A stretch of 64,000 nucleotides of DNA from assembly GCF_006345805.1 (NCBI RefSeq), contig NC_043015.1, positions 33,480,001 to 33,544,000 of the forward strand, written 5' to 3'. Under the pieces are notes generated by a model that worked only from the letters and a program-made list of their open reading frames with translations, was not told the DNA's origin and did no database searches. The translations under genes and the position numbers were made by a program. Numbering within the stretch: position 1 is the stretch's first letter; each line of letters starts with the position of its first letter. Shown here piece after piece: positions 37,150 through 50,213 of the stretch. This DNA is from Octopus sinensis. Taxonomy: Eukaryota.

Positions 37150-37590
37150 AACCCTACCGTAAATCAACAAAGAAACAATATTGTGAATAGAAATACAAAC
37201 AATCACCCACCCACAATCAAACAGCATATATCAGATATCGTTAGTAGATGCATATCAAAACCTATCACTGAACAGAGGATTATTCAACAAAGCAGCCCTG
37301 CATTATAATAGAGCACTGGCTAGTTGTGGTTTCAACAACAATCTGAAATACATAGACCAACCCACAATAAACAACACCCAAATGTAAAAAAAGAAAAGTT
37401 TAATCCTCATAGTTTAAGGGTATCCATTGATGTAGCTAAGATCTTCTTTACACTAATCAATAAACACTTCCCAAATTCATACAGATATCACGAAAATCTT
37501 TTGCAAAATTTCTGTTAGAACCAGTTATAGCTATAGAGGTAGCACAGGACAAACGTGAGAACAGTTTCAGATGCACAACTAGGCACCCTT
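37150..37590 (+). pseudogene. Penelope-like element RT thumb/linker fossil
   Basis: Frameshifted reading PYRKS...NRNTNNHPPTIKQHISDIVSRCIS...FNKAALHYNRALASCGFNNNLKYI...FNPHSLRVSIDVAKIFFTLINKHFPNSYRYH, matching PLE PYRKPN...NSNHPP.I...A..Y..AL..SGF and WFNPPYS..V.T.V...F..LIDKHFP. Confidence 0.8.
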
Positions 37591-37629
37591 TGAATAGAAT
37601 GTCTCTAAAAAGAAATACTACACAGACAA

Positions 37630-37860
37630 CTTGTAGAATAGGCCGTTAGTCCACATTATTCCATAATGAGCATAGGCCCAGTTTCCTGTTTTTTCTGGCA
37701 TAAATATTGCTCTCTAGATGGGGTGTCAATGCCGTGCAGGATTACTCAATTTTACCAGCTGAGTAGACAGGAGCAATGTGAAAGAAAACGTTTAGCAAAG
37801 AACACAACACATCGCGTGGCCCAGGAAGAGACCACAATTGGTTTGCTGAGACATTTTTGG
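37630..37860 (-). mobile_element. CORE-like SINE (family C), 5'-eroded
   Basis: ttactcaattttaccagctgagtagacaggagcaatgtgaaagaaaacgtttagcaaagaacacaacacatcgc is the reverse complement of the core. Confidence 0.65.
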
Positions 37861-38442
37861 GGATAAAATGTTTGTTTTGTACCACACACACACACATTGA
37901 CATCTCAGATAAAGGTAATTCTGCAACAAATAGCATTCCACTAGCAATATTTTGACAAATTTTCAGGGTGGGCATAATGACCTTCACCCCACTGTTAATC
38001 TATCCTCAAATAGTGACTCCTGAAAGGGGTTGAGGTAATGATTTTTGGAGCTGCACCAATGAAATTATTATTGTGGCTAGTAGTAGTAGTATCATCATCG
38101 TCATCAATAGTAATAATATTATTTAGTAGTAAGTAGTAGTAGCAGTAGTAGTAGTAGCAGCAGCAATAGTGATAATGATATGTAGTCATAGAAGTAGGAG
38201 TTAGTTTTTCAAAATTGCTCAAATGAAATAAGAGTAAAAGAAAGTTAAGGAGACAGATATTTCAACGATAAACCCAATTAAACAACGATAACAACAACAA
38301 TCATTGCTATTAATACAATTATACTAATATCATTCTTTTTCTTCTTCCTCATCATCTCATTATTACAATATCAAGATAAACTGGGCGTGAATATCACTAC
38401 TCTTATCGTAAATATCAGTATTATCATTATTATCAATATTGC

Positions 38443-38473
<31 letters not shown>

Positions 38474-38827
38474 GTTATTATTATTATATCTAGATCATCA
38501 GGGCATGAATAAGTAGATATGAATTAATTTGAAAATAAAAGGAGCATTAAGAAGGATATAATATGAGAGAGGGAGAGAGAGAGAGACTACAAAGCGTGTC
38601 AAGTGTATGGTGCAGTTGTGGCGGTGGTGGTGGTTGGTAAGGCGGGGTGGGCGTGGGGGCTGCAACTACAGAAACATTTGAATTTAAGTAATTTAGAAAT
38701 AGATGCAGCCATGTAGAAGTACAAGTGTTTTAAATATGGAGAGTGGTGGTGGTGAGGAGAGGGGAGTGGGGAGAAGTGAGGTGGTGGAGATGGGAGAAAT
38801 TGGTTGTGGGGTAGACAGAAGGGCGGA

Positions 38828-38874
<47 letters not shown>

Positions 38875-39421
38875 CTGAGAAAAAGAGACAGAGAGAGGGA
38901 CAAGAAGAAAGAAGGATAAAGAGAGAGGAGTAAAGTCAGGAGGGGGTGAATGTACATACACACACACACACACACACACACACTATTGTACATAGTTTTG
39001 TTTATATTATTTAATGTTTGATGTCCAAGTCAATAGGCTAAAAGGCAGGGAGCCGAGAATTTTGTGGTTTATATTCTATGACTACTGCCGCTGCTGCCAC
39101 TTGCACCAGCACCACCACAGTATGTCCATGGCTGAGAGACATATCTCAGTAACAGCCCAGTCCATGTGGCTGTTTCAGGGTACCTCAAAACAGTTGCAAC
39201 TGATTGTTGTAAACAGCAGCAGCAACACCACAAAAACATAATTGTTTTGTGAGCAAGCTTTGCAGCATTTAACTCCTTGCATAGGTGTGCATGTGGGTAT
39301 GTACCACAAGAACCTGCTCTACCCTACTTTCTCTCAAACGTTAACCCCTTATCTCCAACCTTGTGGCCTTGGGGGGTTCTTAGTCTTGCAAGCTGCATCT
39401 GGTGACTTCAACACTGAGCTG

Positions 39422-39594
39422 GTGGCATGAAAAAAAGCACCCAGTACACTCTGTAAAGTGGTTGGTGTTAGGAAGGGCATCCAACGGTTGAAATCATACT
39501 GAGGTTGACATCAGAGCATAGTGCAGTCCTAGGATCCATTAGATCCTGCCAACCCATACAAAATGGATCATGGATGTTAAATGATGATGATGAC
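39422..39594 (+). mobile_element. Family D retroposon 3' fragment
   Basis: aaaaagcacccagtacactctgtaaagtggttggtgttaggaagggcatcc...atggatgttaaatgatgatgatga. Confidence 0.75.
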
Positions 39595-39962
39595 TGACAC
39601 GCACACCCGCATACACACACACACACACACCTTGCTCAGGTTGCACAAAATAAGCTAACTAACAGATTCTTCTCTTCGAAATTTGGATGAAGAGACGAAA
39701 ATTGTTGAAACTATGCACAATCCCTCTGCACTTTGCAGTAGATTTGCCGAAATTTTGTAATGATATATATATATATACTGGTGTTTTTCATTAAATGAAA
39801 ACAAACAAAAACTAAACAAAGTAGAGTTAAATATTTCAAATGGTTGACAGTAACTTCAAAGTTTCAGCAAAGCAGGGCCATCAGTCAGATGCCAGCTTAG
39901 GCATAACTTCAGAGTAACCGTCAACCTTTTTAATACACAGGTGTGTGTGAAGACATTTATAT

Positions 39963-40010
<48 letters not shown>

Positions 40011-41541
40011 GAGAAAGATATAAAATTAGATAAAATTCTATGCACACATACTTAACATACATACACTGAAAGTCCATTCAGAAAAACAGATATATAGCAT
40101 TAATATGTGTGTGTGTGCGTGTGTAGAAAACACATTTTCATACAAACACACACATTATGAGCTGCATAGCTGCAAAACAAGGCCACGGAATGCACATGTA
40201 CAATAATAATGCAGAAAACAGAATGTGTGTAATTAGCTACAATCAATTGTATTGATCACATGTTGTGCGATGGGGGTGGGTGATTGGGTTTGAAAGACAT
40301 GTGATGGTGATTGTTGTTTTGTTTAGCCCTAGGTCATCCATGACTGAGAAGTCTTATGATCTTAAAAATATTCCGACCATGACATTTTCCTCTGTGCAAG
40401 GAACCCGGATCACACTATCCATTTTCTAAGATTATGGAATGTGACTGGAGGGAGATTAAGCTGCTATTTCTGGCAAATTGTGTCACTACATAGAGGTTAA
40501 ATGGTAATAGTGAGACATGGCATGACTACCTACACCTCACATAGTCAAGAAGATGAAAGAGAGAGAGAGAGATCATAATGATATGTTGAAATACACACAC
40601 CTACACATATACACCCTCTTTACACACATACACTTTCTGTTTCTTATAGGGAGATGCAACTAAGGAATGGAAGTGTGGGGGGTAGAGAGGGAGGAAAAAG
40701 GGGAACTGAAACACTTCACTTTATATACTTTCCCTACCTGTCACTACCTGCTCTCTCTCTCTCTCTCCCTTTTTACTCCTTTCTCTCTCCAGATGTGCCT
40801 TTCACAACCTCTCCCTGCACCAACCTGTACAATGTACTAGAATGTAATGGGTCAGAAAATTAGCAGCAATACAGATGGAATGATATAGAAGTGTGTGTGT
40901 GTGTGTTGAATGGTAAAGTAATTATGGTGATGGTGTGGTATTGGTGGTGATGGGTGTGGTGGTGGTGGTGGTGGGTATGATGGTGGTTGTGGGGGCTATC
41001 ATAGTGATGAGTGTGAAAGTGATGGTGGCAGTGGTATGATGGTGTTGTGATGTAGTGGTACAGATGACAGTATGGTGACAGTAGTGGTGGTGGTGGTTTG
41101 TAGAGACATAGTAGCAGTGGTAGTGGATCCTAAGAATGTTTTTAGTAATTATATTAAGAAACTGAGGTGTTTGCTGTGGATGATATGGTGATGGTGTTGG
41201 CTGTAGTATATAGTGCCGTGGTGATAATGGTGGTTGTAGTACAATTGTGTTGGCTGTGGTGGTGGTGATGTTGGTTGTAATACAGAGGGTGGCGATGGCA
41301 CTAGTTGTAGTAGAGATTGTAGAGGTGGGGGTGAGGTGATGGTTATTATAGTAGTAGTGGTGGTAGCCGGTACTGGTTGTAGCATTAGTGTTGGAGGTAG
41401 CGGATGATGATAGTGAGGATGAAGAGGTGAGGAAGACAAATGGGTGGGTGGGGGGTTATATCAGCTGACAGTCAAAAGAACTATGTCAACACAACCCCCA
41501 CCCCTGCAATCAGCTGAGCTGGTGTGCATGCATGTTTGTAT

Positions 41542-41590
<49 letters not shown>

Positions 41591-42048
41591 CCAGGTGTTC
41601 TCTAAGTAATACAGTTTTAATACTGCATCAAACTTTATATTGTTGCTTTACATAAGTATGCACACAGTGCATATACTACATGTTTTTATGTAGAAACATG
41701 TATATCTACATCTATAAATATATGTCCGTGTGTCCATACATGCGTGTGTGTGAGTGTGTCTATATGTGAATATACCTATATATGTTGATATATGTGAGCA
41801 TACACACACACACACACACACAGACACAAAAAAATAGGGTTGAAGTCCACTAAATTGGGTGTCCTTTTTAAAATATCTTGATTCACTGGGATCCAGCAAA
41901 TTATATATATATATATATATATAAAATCAAAATAAGTAACAAGGATATCCTTGTTGATTATTTTGATTATAATCACCCCATTTGATTTATATGGATAATA
42001 CCATACCAAATTCTGGTGCCTTTAACTTAAGTACCATATTCATCTGAA

Positions 42049-42094
<46 letters not shown>

Positions 42095-42335
42095 TACATA
42101 GGTAAGAATACATTGCTAGCATGTATATGATAGATGCAGACAAAATGACCAGGCCAGATATCCAACGTTGAGTGATGGGATATAAAGTGCAGGCATTTTA
42201 GAGCTGCCTGCAGGCCATGAACTGGTCTGAGCTAATGAAAGTATAATAAAACATCAGAGAGACAGGCAGTTGCAAATGGCATCAAATCATTTATAAAATA
42301 GTTAAATGTCCAGAAACCGATTGTACTGTGTATGT

Positions 42336-42372
<37 letters not shown>

Positions 42373-43239
42373 GATTGATGAGATAATCTTTCTTTGTCTG
42401 CAGCCAGACATGAAAAAACAAAACTTGCAAGTTTGCATCAACCACGAGGCTCTGACTGAATGATGCGACCAACAACTAGAATATTTATCGTTATATATTA
42501 TACCTTTCAAAGAAAAATGTCTTCACTAAATAAAGTACAAATTAAAGTTAAATGTCTACCGGACTTTGGTTAGTTTCATGGCCTTTAGTGATATTACTTT
42601 TCAATCACTTTTAATATTTTGATGATATCATTTCATTTGACCACAGTCCACCTGCCAACACTACACGGCACTCTTGTTCGGCTCCCTGAAATGTGGAATT
42701 TTTTGTGTTACTCTTCATTTTAATTCAATTCCCTATAAATTCTTCCATTGCAATTTAGTTATTGTTGCTAGAACTGAAGATTATCACAAGTGTCCTAGTA
42801 TTTTATATTTTACTCTGGAACATCAATGAGTCAACTACAGCAATTATTCTAAAAACTCGTTAAAATGTATGATAGTCACAGACTCTCCATCTGCTTACCC
42901 TAACCATAATGAACGCTACCATCACCACTAGCCGTCTTATATCACAGTTTTAAGTTTCCACTGGCTATTTCCGAGAAACACTGATGGTAGCTGTAGACTA
43001 GCTACGTTCCACATGAAAATAGCATTTTATTTCTGTGCAAGAATGATGCAAACAGGTTTTTTTTTTTTGTTCAACAGACACTAAATGGAAATATTTAAAA
43101 AAGAATGTGTTGTATGGCAGCACTTAACAGAAAATGTCAAAGAACCAGATGGGATAAATGGTAGATGATGGGGGTGTGTGTGTGTGAAGAACTTATGTAC
43201 ACATGCAAATGTGATGTGCATATACATACACACAACTAC

Positions 43240-43270
<31 letters not shown>

Positions 43271-43641
43271 AGATGTGTACAATGAAAACATTGAAGATCA
43301 AAGTGATATCACATTTTTTCCAAACATGTCCTAACAATGTTTTTCCATTTCAAAGAATTTATACGTCTACACATTAAGTGTATATAGTCACACACACACA
43401 CACAGCTAGATACACTCACTGTGAACAATAATATAAAAGAGAGTTAAGAGAAAGAGACGGGAAACAAAACCCTATATATTTGTGAGCTGTTTGTCGTGAT
43501 GAATGTGAGGGTATATAAATACACACATTTATACACAAAATCACACAGAACAATGTGTATCTAATATACAGTTGTTTGTTCATTATTATACATAAAGGAG
43601 AAATAATAGAATTGTATACACACCTATACACAAATGTGAAG

Positions 43642-43690
<49 letters not shown>

Positions 43691-43825
43691 ACTTGCAATA
43701 CCTACATGTGCGTGAGGTGTGTGTATATATTTAGTTATGTCAATATTTAAGACATACAAAAAATGTATTAGACACATACCATGCATACAACATGGTGTGT
43801 GTGTGTATGTATATATATATATATA

Positions 43826-46076
43826 TATATATATAATGTATATATTTACCTAGGATTTTAATAAACCATGCATAAGACAACAAACTGAAGAATTATATAC
43901 ATACACTTAGACAGCAAAACACTAAACACACACACAAAGAAAGAAGTATATATTCACACAAGTTGCTCCACAACACCCATATATATATATATATACACAA
44001 GTTGGTGTTTATATAATGTTTGTTAAACACAGTGTTACAATAGAACACAACACACTAAGTATGTTAATATATTCATTTTATAAACATATTTTTAAAATAT
44101 ACATACACACCATGAATTCACATATATGCAAATGTATGACATACACAGAATTATACATACAAAGATGCATACATACACACACATACTAACAGCATACACA
44201 TATACACACTTCAACCCATTGATACAGTGTTTTAATATACAGTAAACTCAAACACATACAGAGTGTTTAGACATGCTTTACACACATACAGAGCTAATTT
44301 ACAAACACATGTGAATAGTATGTGAAAATAATTCACACAGCCATATCATAATATAAAAGCTGCATGTACACACACACACACACACACACATATGTATATT
44401 AATAAAGAATTCCCTTTTATGCACATGCATACAAATATACAGACACACAAACACAGAGTGGTGTGTTAATAGCTTCCTGTTTAAAATGATGTTGTACATT
44501 TAAACCAGAAAAATTTCAATGAAATAAGGAGTTGTGTACAACATAACATTTGGAGGGAAATAAAGTTTTAAAATAGGGAAAAAAAAGAAAGCTATATACT
44601 CTCGAAATAATAATATTAATGATTGCATTTATTTGCCACCAGGGCGAAGGATGAGGGGGACAATACAAAACATACAATGTTGGGGTATGATAATAATAAA
44701 TGTTATAGCCCACCCCTATCACTTCCTTGACAAGAAACACTGAAATATCTATCATTTCTCTTTTGTTTTTTTTCTTTTTCCTGCAAATCCATTTCTTCAC
44801 ACCTTCCTTTGCCAGCAATTTTTCCTAATTGAACAACACCGAATCAAAAATTCAGAACTTCAAAGACACAATAGAATTATGCAAAATACGCATGTATATA
44901 TAAACGTATTCATACAGCGAGTACGTATGTGTGTGTGCGAATATATATATATATATAATATATATATATATAATGTATATATTTACCTAGGATTTTAATA
45001 AACCATGCATAAGACAACAAACTGAAGAATTATATACATACACTTAGACAGCAAAACACTAAACACACACACAAAGAAAGAAGTATATATTCACACAAGT
45101 TGCTCCACAACACCCATATATATATATATATACACAAGTTGGTGTTTATATAATGTTTGTTAACACAGTGTTACAATAGAACACAACACACTAAGTATGT
45201 TAATATATTCATTTTATAAACATATTTTTAAAATATACATACACACCATGAATTCACATATATGCAAATGTATGACATACACAGAATTATACATACAAGA
45301 TGCATACATACACACACATACTAACAGCATACACATATACACACTTCAACCCATTGATACAGTGTTTTAATATACAGTAAACTCAAACACATACAGAGTG
45401 TTTAGACATGCTTTACACACATACAGAGCTAATTTACAAACACATGTGAATAGTATGTGAAAATAATTCACACAGCCATATCATAATATAAAAGCTGCAT
45501 GTACACACACACACACACACACACATATGTATATTAATAAAGAATTCCCTTTTATGCACATGCATACAAATATACAGACACACAAACACAGAGTGGTGTG
45601 TTAATAGCTTCCTGTTTAAAATGATGTTGTACATTTAAACCAGAAAAATTTCAATGAAATAAGGAGTTGTGTAACAACATAACATTTGGAGGGAAATAAA
45701 GTTTTAAAATAGGGAAAAAAAAGAAAGCTATATACTCTCGAAATAATAATATTAATGATTGCATTTATTTGCCACCAGGGCGAAGGATGAGGGGGACAAT
45801 ACAAAACATACAATGTTGGGGTATGATAATAATAAATGTTATAGCCCACCCCTATCACTTCCTTGACAAGAAACACTGAAATATCTATCATTTCTCTTTT
45901 GTTTTTTTTCTTTTTCCTGCAAATCCATTTCTTCACACCTTCCTTTGCCAGCAATTTTTCCTAATTGAACAACACCGAATCAAAAATTCAGAACTTCAAA
46001 GACACAATAGAATTATGCAAAATACGCATGTATATATAAACGTATTCATACAGCGAGTACGTATGTGTGTGTGCGA
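43826..46076. repeat. Near-identical tandem duplication, period 1136-1137 bp, bounded by (TA)n
   Basis: cctagg at 43849 and 44986; copies end gtgcga at 44940 and 46076. Differences seen are three single-base A-run indels. Confidence 0.95.
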
Positions 46077-46082
46077 ATATAT

Positions 46083-46127
<45 letters not shown>

Positions 46128-46390
46128 GTATGTATACTCACACACATATATATAATGCATTACTTTGTAATTGGATATAAAGCTATTTGTGTTTTTTAGG
46201 CAAGGTTATATTGTTTGTAATATTGTTAAGTTATGTCACACACACACACAATATTTTTTTTTAATAGGAAATTGAACTTCTTGAGAAAACAACATGAGAT
46301 TCTTTAGTTTGGCAAAAGTTGGCCACGGCAGAGAAAAATTATATAATTGCACATACTATAAATAGGAACACACACACACATGTATGTACA

Positions 46391-46431
<41 letters not shown>

Positions 46432-47215
46432 GTGTGCATGCAGTGAGTGTGTATGTGATGTGTATTTATATTTAGTAAAGTCAAATTTTCAGTTCACACA
46501 CAAATAAAAAAAGTATTAGGCACATACTATGCATACAATATATGAGAGAGAGAGTACTAACGAAAAATCTACATGAAGAACCACGTGTTAAAAATTAGGT
46601 GAAACTACCTAATTTCATTACTTACAGACAAAAGGAAAGTTAGAGAAAAAGAAACGCACACAAACACACATGTACATATATGTATGAGAACACATCTAGA
46701 AAATCTAATGGAGAAGATATAGATCTTGGGCTTAGAATTTCAATTCGACCAATGAAATCAATTGTGCGCTTGCTTAAGTTTTTGTTGTGCATGTATGTAT
46801 GTTGGAATGAATGGTTTTGTATGCATGTATATAGGATTTGAATACATACTTGTATGTATGTAACTGTATAACTATATTGAATTTTTATTGATTTGAATAA
46901 GAGATATTTACAGAAACAAGCCAATAGAGGAAAAATTCCAAAATCTCTAAGCTAAAACCAATGACAGAATACTGTGTTAGGTGAAAAGAAAACAGACCAA
47001 TGAAAAGGGTGAACGATTTTCAAATTGAATTCAGGCTGATTAGAAATATATTTCAAACATCATGTGGTGAGTAAAAGTAATTAAGAATCAATAATATAAT
47101 TCAGGTATGAAGGAAAGTTGGTGCTAAAATCTATGACAAAACTCAACCCCACCTCCAAGCAGTGGGGTTGAACAAAATTCCTTCTTGCCGCACATATTTT
47201 TGAACACACAACATA

Positions 47216-47418
47216 CTTATATATATACATATATAAATATATATATATACACACATACACACACACATATATATATATACACACATATATATACATATAT
47301 ATATACACACACATAAATACATATATATATATACATATATATACATATACACACACATATAAATACATATATATATACATATATATAAATATATACACAC
47401 ACATATATATATACACAC

Positions 47419-47449
<31 letters not shown>

Positions 47450-47616
47450 TATACACACATATATACACACATATATATATATACATATACATATATATAT
47501 ACACATATATATACACATATATATATACACACATATTTACACACATACACATATATATATATGCATACATATATACAAATATATATATATGTATATATAT
47601 ATACATACATATATAC

Positions 47617-47669
<53 letters not shown>

Positions 47670-47985
47670 CATACATATATATACATACACATATATACAT
47701 ACATATATATACATATATATACATACACATATATACACACACACACATATATATATATATACATGCATACATATACATACATACATACATATATATATGT
47801 CTATACACATATATACATATATATACATGCATGCATATACATACATACATATATATACATATATATACACATACATATTGATATATACACATATTTACAC
47901 ACACACACGTATATATACACTCATATACATATATATATATATATGTCTATACACATATGTAGATGTGTGTATATATGTCTATACA

Positions 47986-48017
<32 letters not shown>
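47216..48017. repeat. ~800-bp compound (TA/CA/TG)n tract
   Basis: Almost uninterrupted purine-pyrimidine alternation; source of the 200-250 aa Y/I/C/V/H ORFs. Confidence 0.95.
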
Positions 48018-48056
48018 GTAAAAATCATGACAAAACAGTATATACATGATGCACTT

Positions 48057-48460
48057 AGGTGGAGACATGGCTGTGTGGTAAGAAGCTTGCCTTCCAGCCA
48101 CCTGGTTCTGGGATCAGTTCCAATGCAAAGTCCTCTAGGCAAGTGTCTTCTGTTGTACTATGAAGTCAACCAATGTCTTGTGAGTGGATTTATTAGACAA
48201 AAACTGAAAGAAGTCTGTGGTGTATCCATGTGCATGGGTGTTTGATTCTGAGCCCGGGTTTATCTCCCACCACCACATGACAACTTGTGTTGGTTTGTTT
48301 ACATCCCCATATCTTAGCGGTTTGGCAAGAGAGGAATGGGAGTAGTACCATGGTTAGAAAAGACAGAAGTAATGGGGTTGATTCATTTGACTAAAAGTTC
48401 TTCAGAGCAATACCCCAAAATGGGTGCAGCCTGGTAACTTAAACACGTAAAAGATAAAAG
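48057..48460 (+). mobile_element. Family B SINE
   Basis: aggtggagacatggctgtgtggtaagaagcttgccttcc...gtggatttattagacaaaaactgaaagaagtc...acgtaaaagataaaag. Confidence 0.8.
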
Positions 48461-48497
48461 ATGTGTGTATATACACACACACACACACACACACACA

Positions 48498-48582
<85 letters not shown>

Positions 48583-49127
48583 TACACAACCAAAGTGTGT
48601 GTGTGCATATATAGACACATTCTTATGTATAATATTACATGTATTGAAGTAATGACTCTCAAGGAGTCATTATTTTATATATAAACATATCCACTCTGGA
48701 ATTAAGTGCTTTGGCTTAAATGGAAGTGCAATTAAATCGAGAAAGGGTTGATTGAATTGACTAACCCCACCTTCACTCAAAACCTTGGCCTTGTACCTTT
48801 GTTAGAAACATTTGTTCTTATAGTGATGATGGTGGTGGTGGTGGTGGTGGTGGTGGTACGGAGTGTTAATGAGGGTTATGAAGATGGAACATGCATACCG
48901 ACAGATAGGTTATTCGTTTATCTGAATCGAAAACAAAAGCCAACAACAACAAAAGCCACAGTCGAAAGAACACATTGTTAATAGAAACAGATTTGCTAAT
49001 GATATTTTTAAAAAATAATTGAACGTGACAAATATTAATATGTTCTTTTCTTAGAGGAGTAACAGTTCCAAGCGTTCTAACTTGACAAACTCCTTCTCGA
49101 GGAGAGAAACATATATCAAATTATATA

Positions 49128-49528
49128 TGGCATGGTTGTGTAGTAAGAAGCTTGCTTCTCAAGAACACGGTTCCAGATTCAATCCCACTGTGTGGCACCT
49201 GGGGCAAGTGTCTTCCACTATAGCCTTGGGCTGACCATAGCCTTCTGAGTGGATTTGGTAGATGGAAACTAAAACAAGCTCATCATATATATATTTATGT
49301 GTGTGTCTTTGTGTTTGACCCCACCATCGCTTGACAACTGATGCTGGTGTATTTACACCCTTGTAACCTAGCGGTTCAGCAAAAGAAACCGAGAGAATAA
49401 GTACTAGGCTTACAAAGAATAAATCCTAGAGTCGATTTCTTCAACTAAAACAAAAAAAAAACCAATATGGTGGTGCTCCAGCATGGTCACAGTCAAATGA
49501 CTGAAACGAGTAAAATAAAAAAAGAATA
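49128..49528 (+). mobile_element. Family B SINE, full length
   Basis: gggcatggttgtgtagtaagaagcttgcttc...ggatttggtagatggaaact...ggtgctccagcatggtcacagtcaaatgactgaaacgagtaaaataaaa. Confidence 0.9.
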
Positions 49529-49985
49529 TATATATATATATATATATACATATAATAATAATATATATATATATATATATATATCATTTCTTGTAGCTGT
49601 TGTATGAGAGCTGTTAATATTAGTAGTCGTTGCTACCGTTGTGATCATCGACCACAATACTGATCTGTTTCACTAAAATATCGAAGCAGAACCAGAGGAA
49701 GAAAGTGGTATTCCCCCAGTGCAAAGTGGCCATGCTCAGGTGACGTCACTCATCCACTCTGTAGCAACAACAGCAACCGGGTAAGAGCTTCTGCATTGTT
49801 GACTGTATCTGTATCAGGTAGAAATAGGATTAATAGGTATAGCAGGTAGTGGGGAGGAGGGGTGTCAACAGAGGTGGGTATCCCAGATTGAGGGAAGATA
49901 TAAATAGACATCACTAAATACAACTATTATTTTCCAGTGTTACTGGTTTCAGTCATTGGACTGCAACCATACTGGGGCACCAACT

Positions 49986-50213
49986 TTAACCCATCAGCAT
50001 TGAAATTGGCCATATGCAGTCAAAATATTCCACCTGTTTTATATTCAAACTGGTCAGCTCCAGCTTCTCACACCAACCCTACATTATCATTCCAAAAATT
50101 AAGAGTTACCTCATCAAACTCTCATAGTTACAAAATAATGCATGATTAATTCAAAACAATGTGAATAAATAGGCATTATCTTTGACAAAATAATGTGAAT
50201 GCTAAAGGATTAA
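49986..50213 (-). mobile_element. TTAA MITE, family B, nested in a family B SINE 3' fragment
   Basis: ttaacccatcagcatt...gaatgctaaaggattaa; the host SINE ctggggcaccaact|ttaa...ttaa|ggggtttagtcaa is contiguous across the insert. Confidence 0.8.

Noticed and set aside
47081-48245. Longest ORFs in the window (up to 253 aa)
   Set aside because: Y/I/C/V/H/T-only products of an alternating dinucleotide tract.
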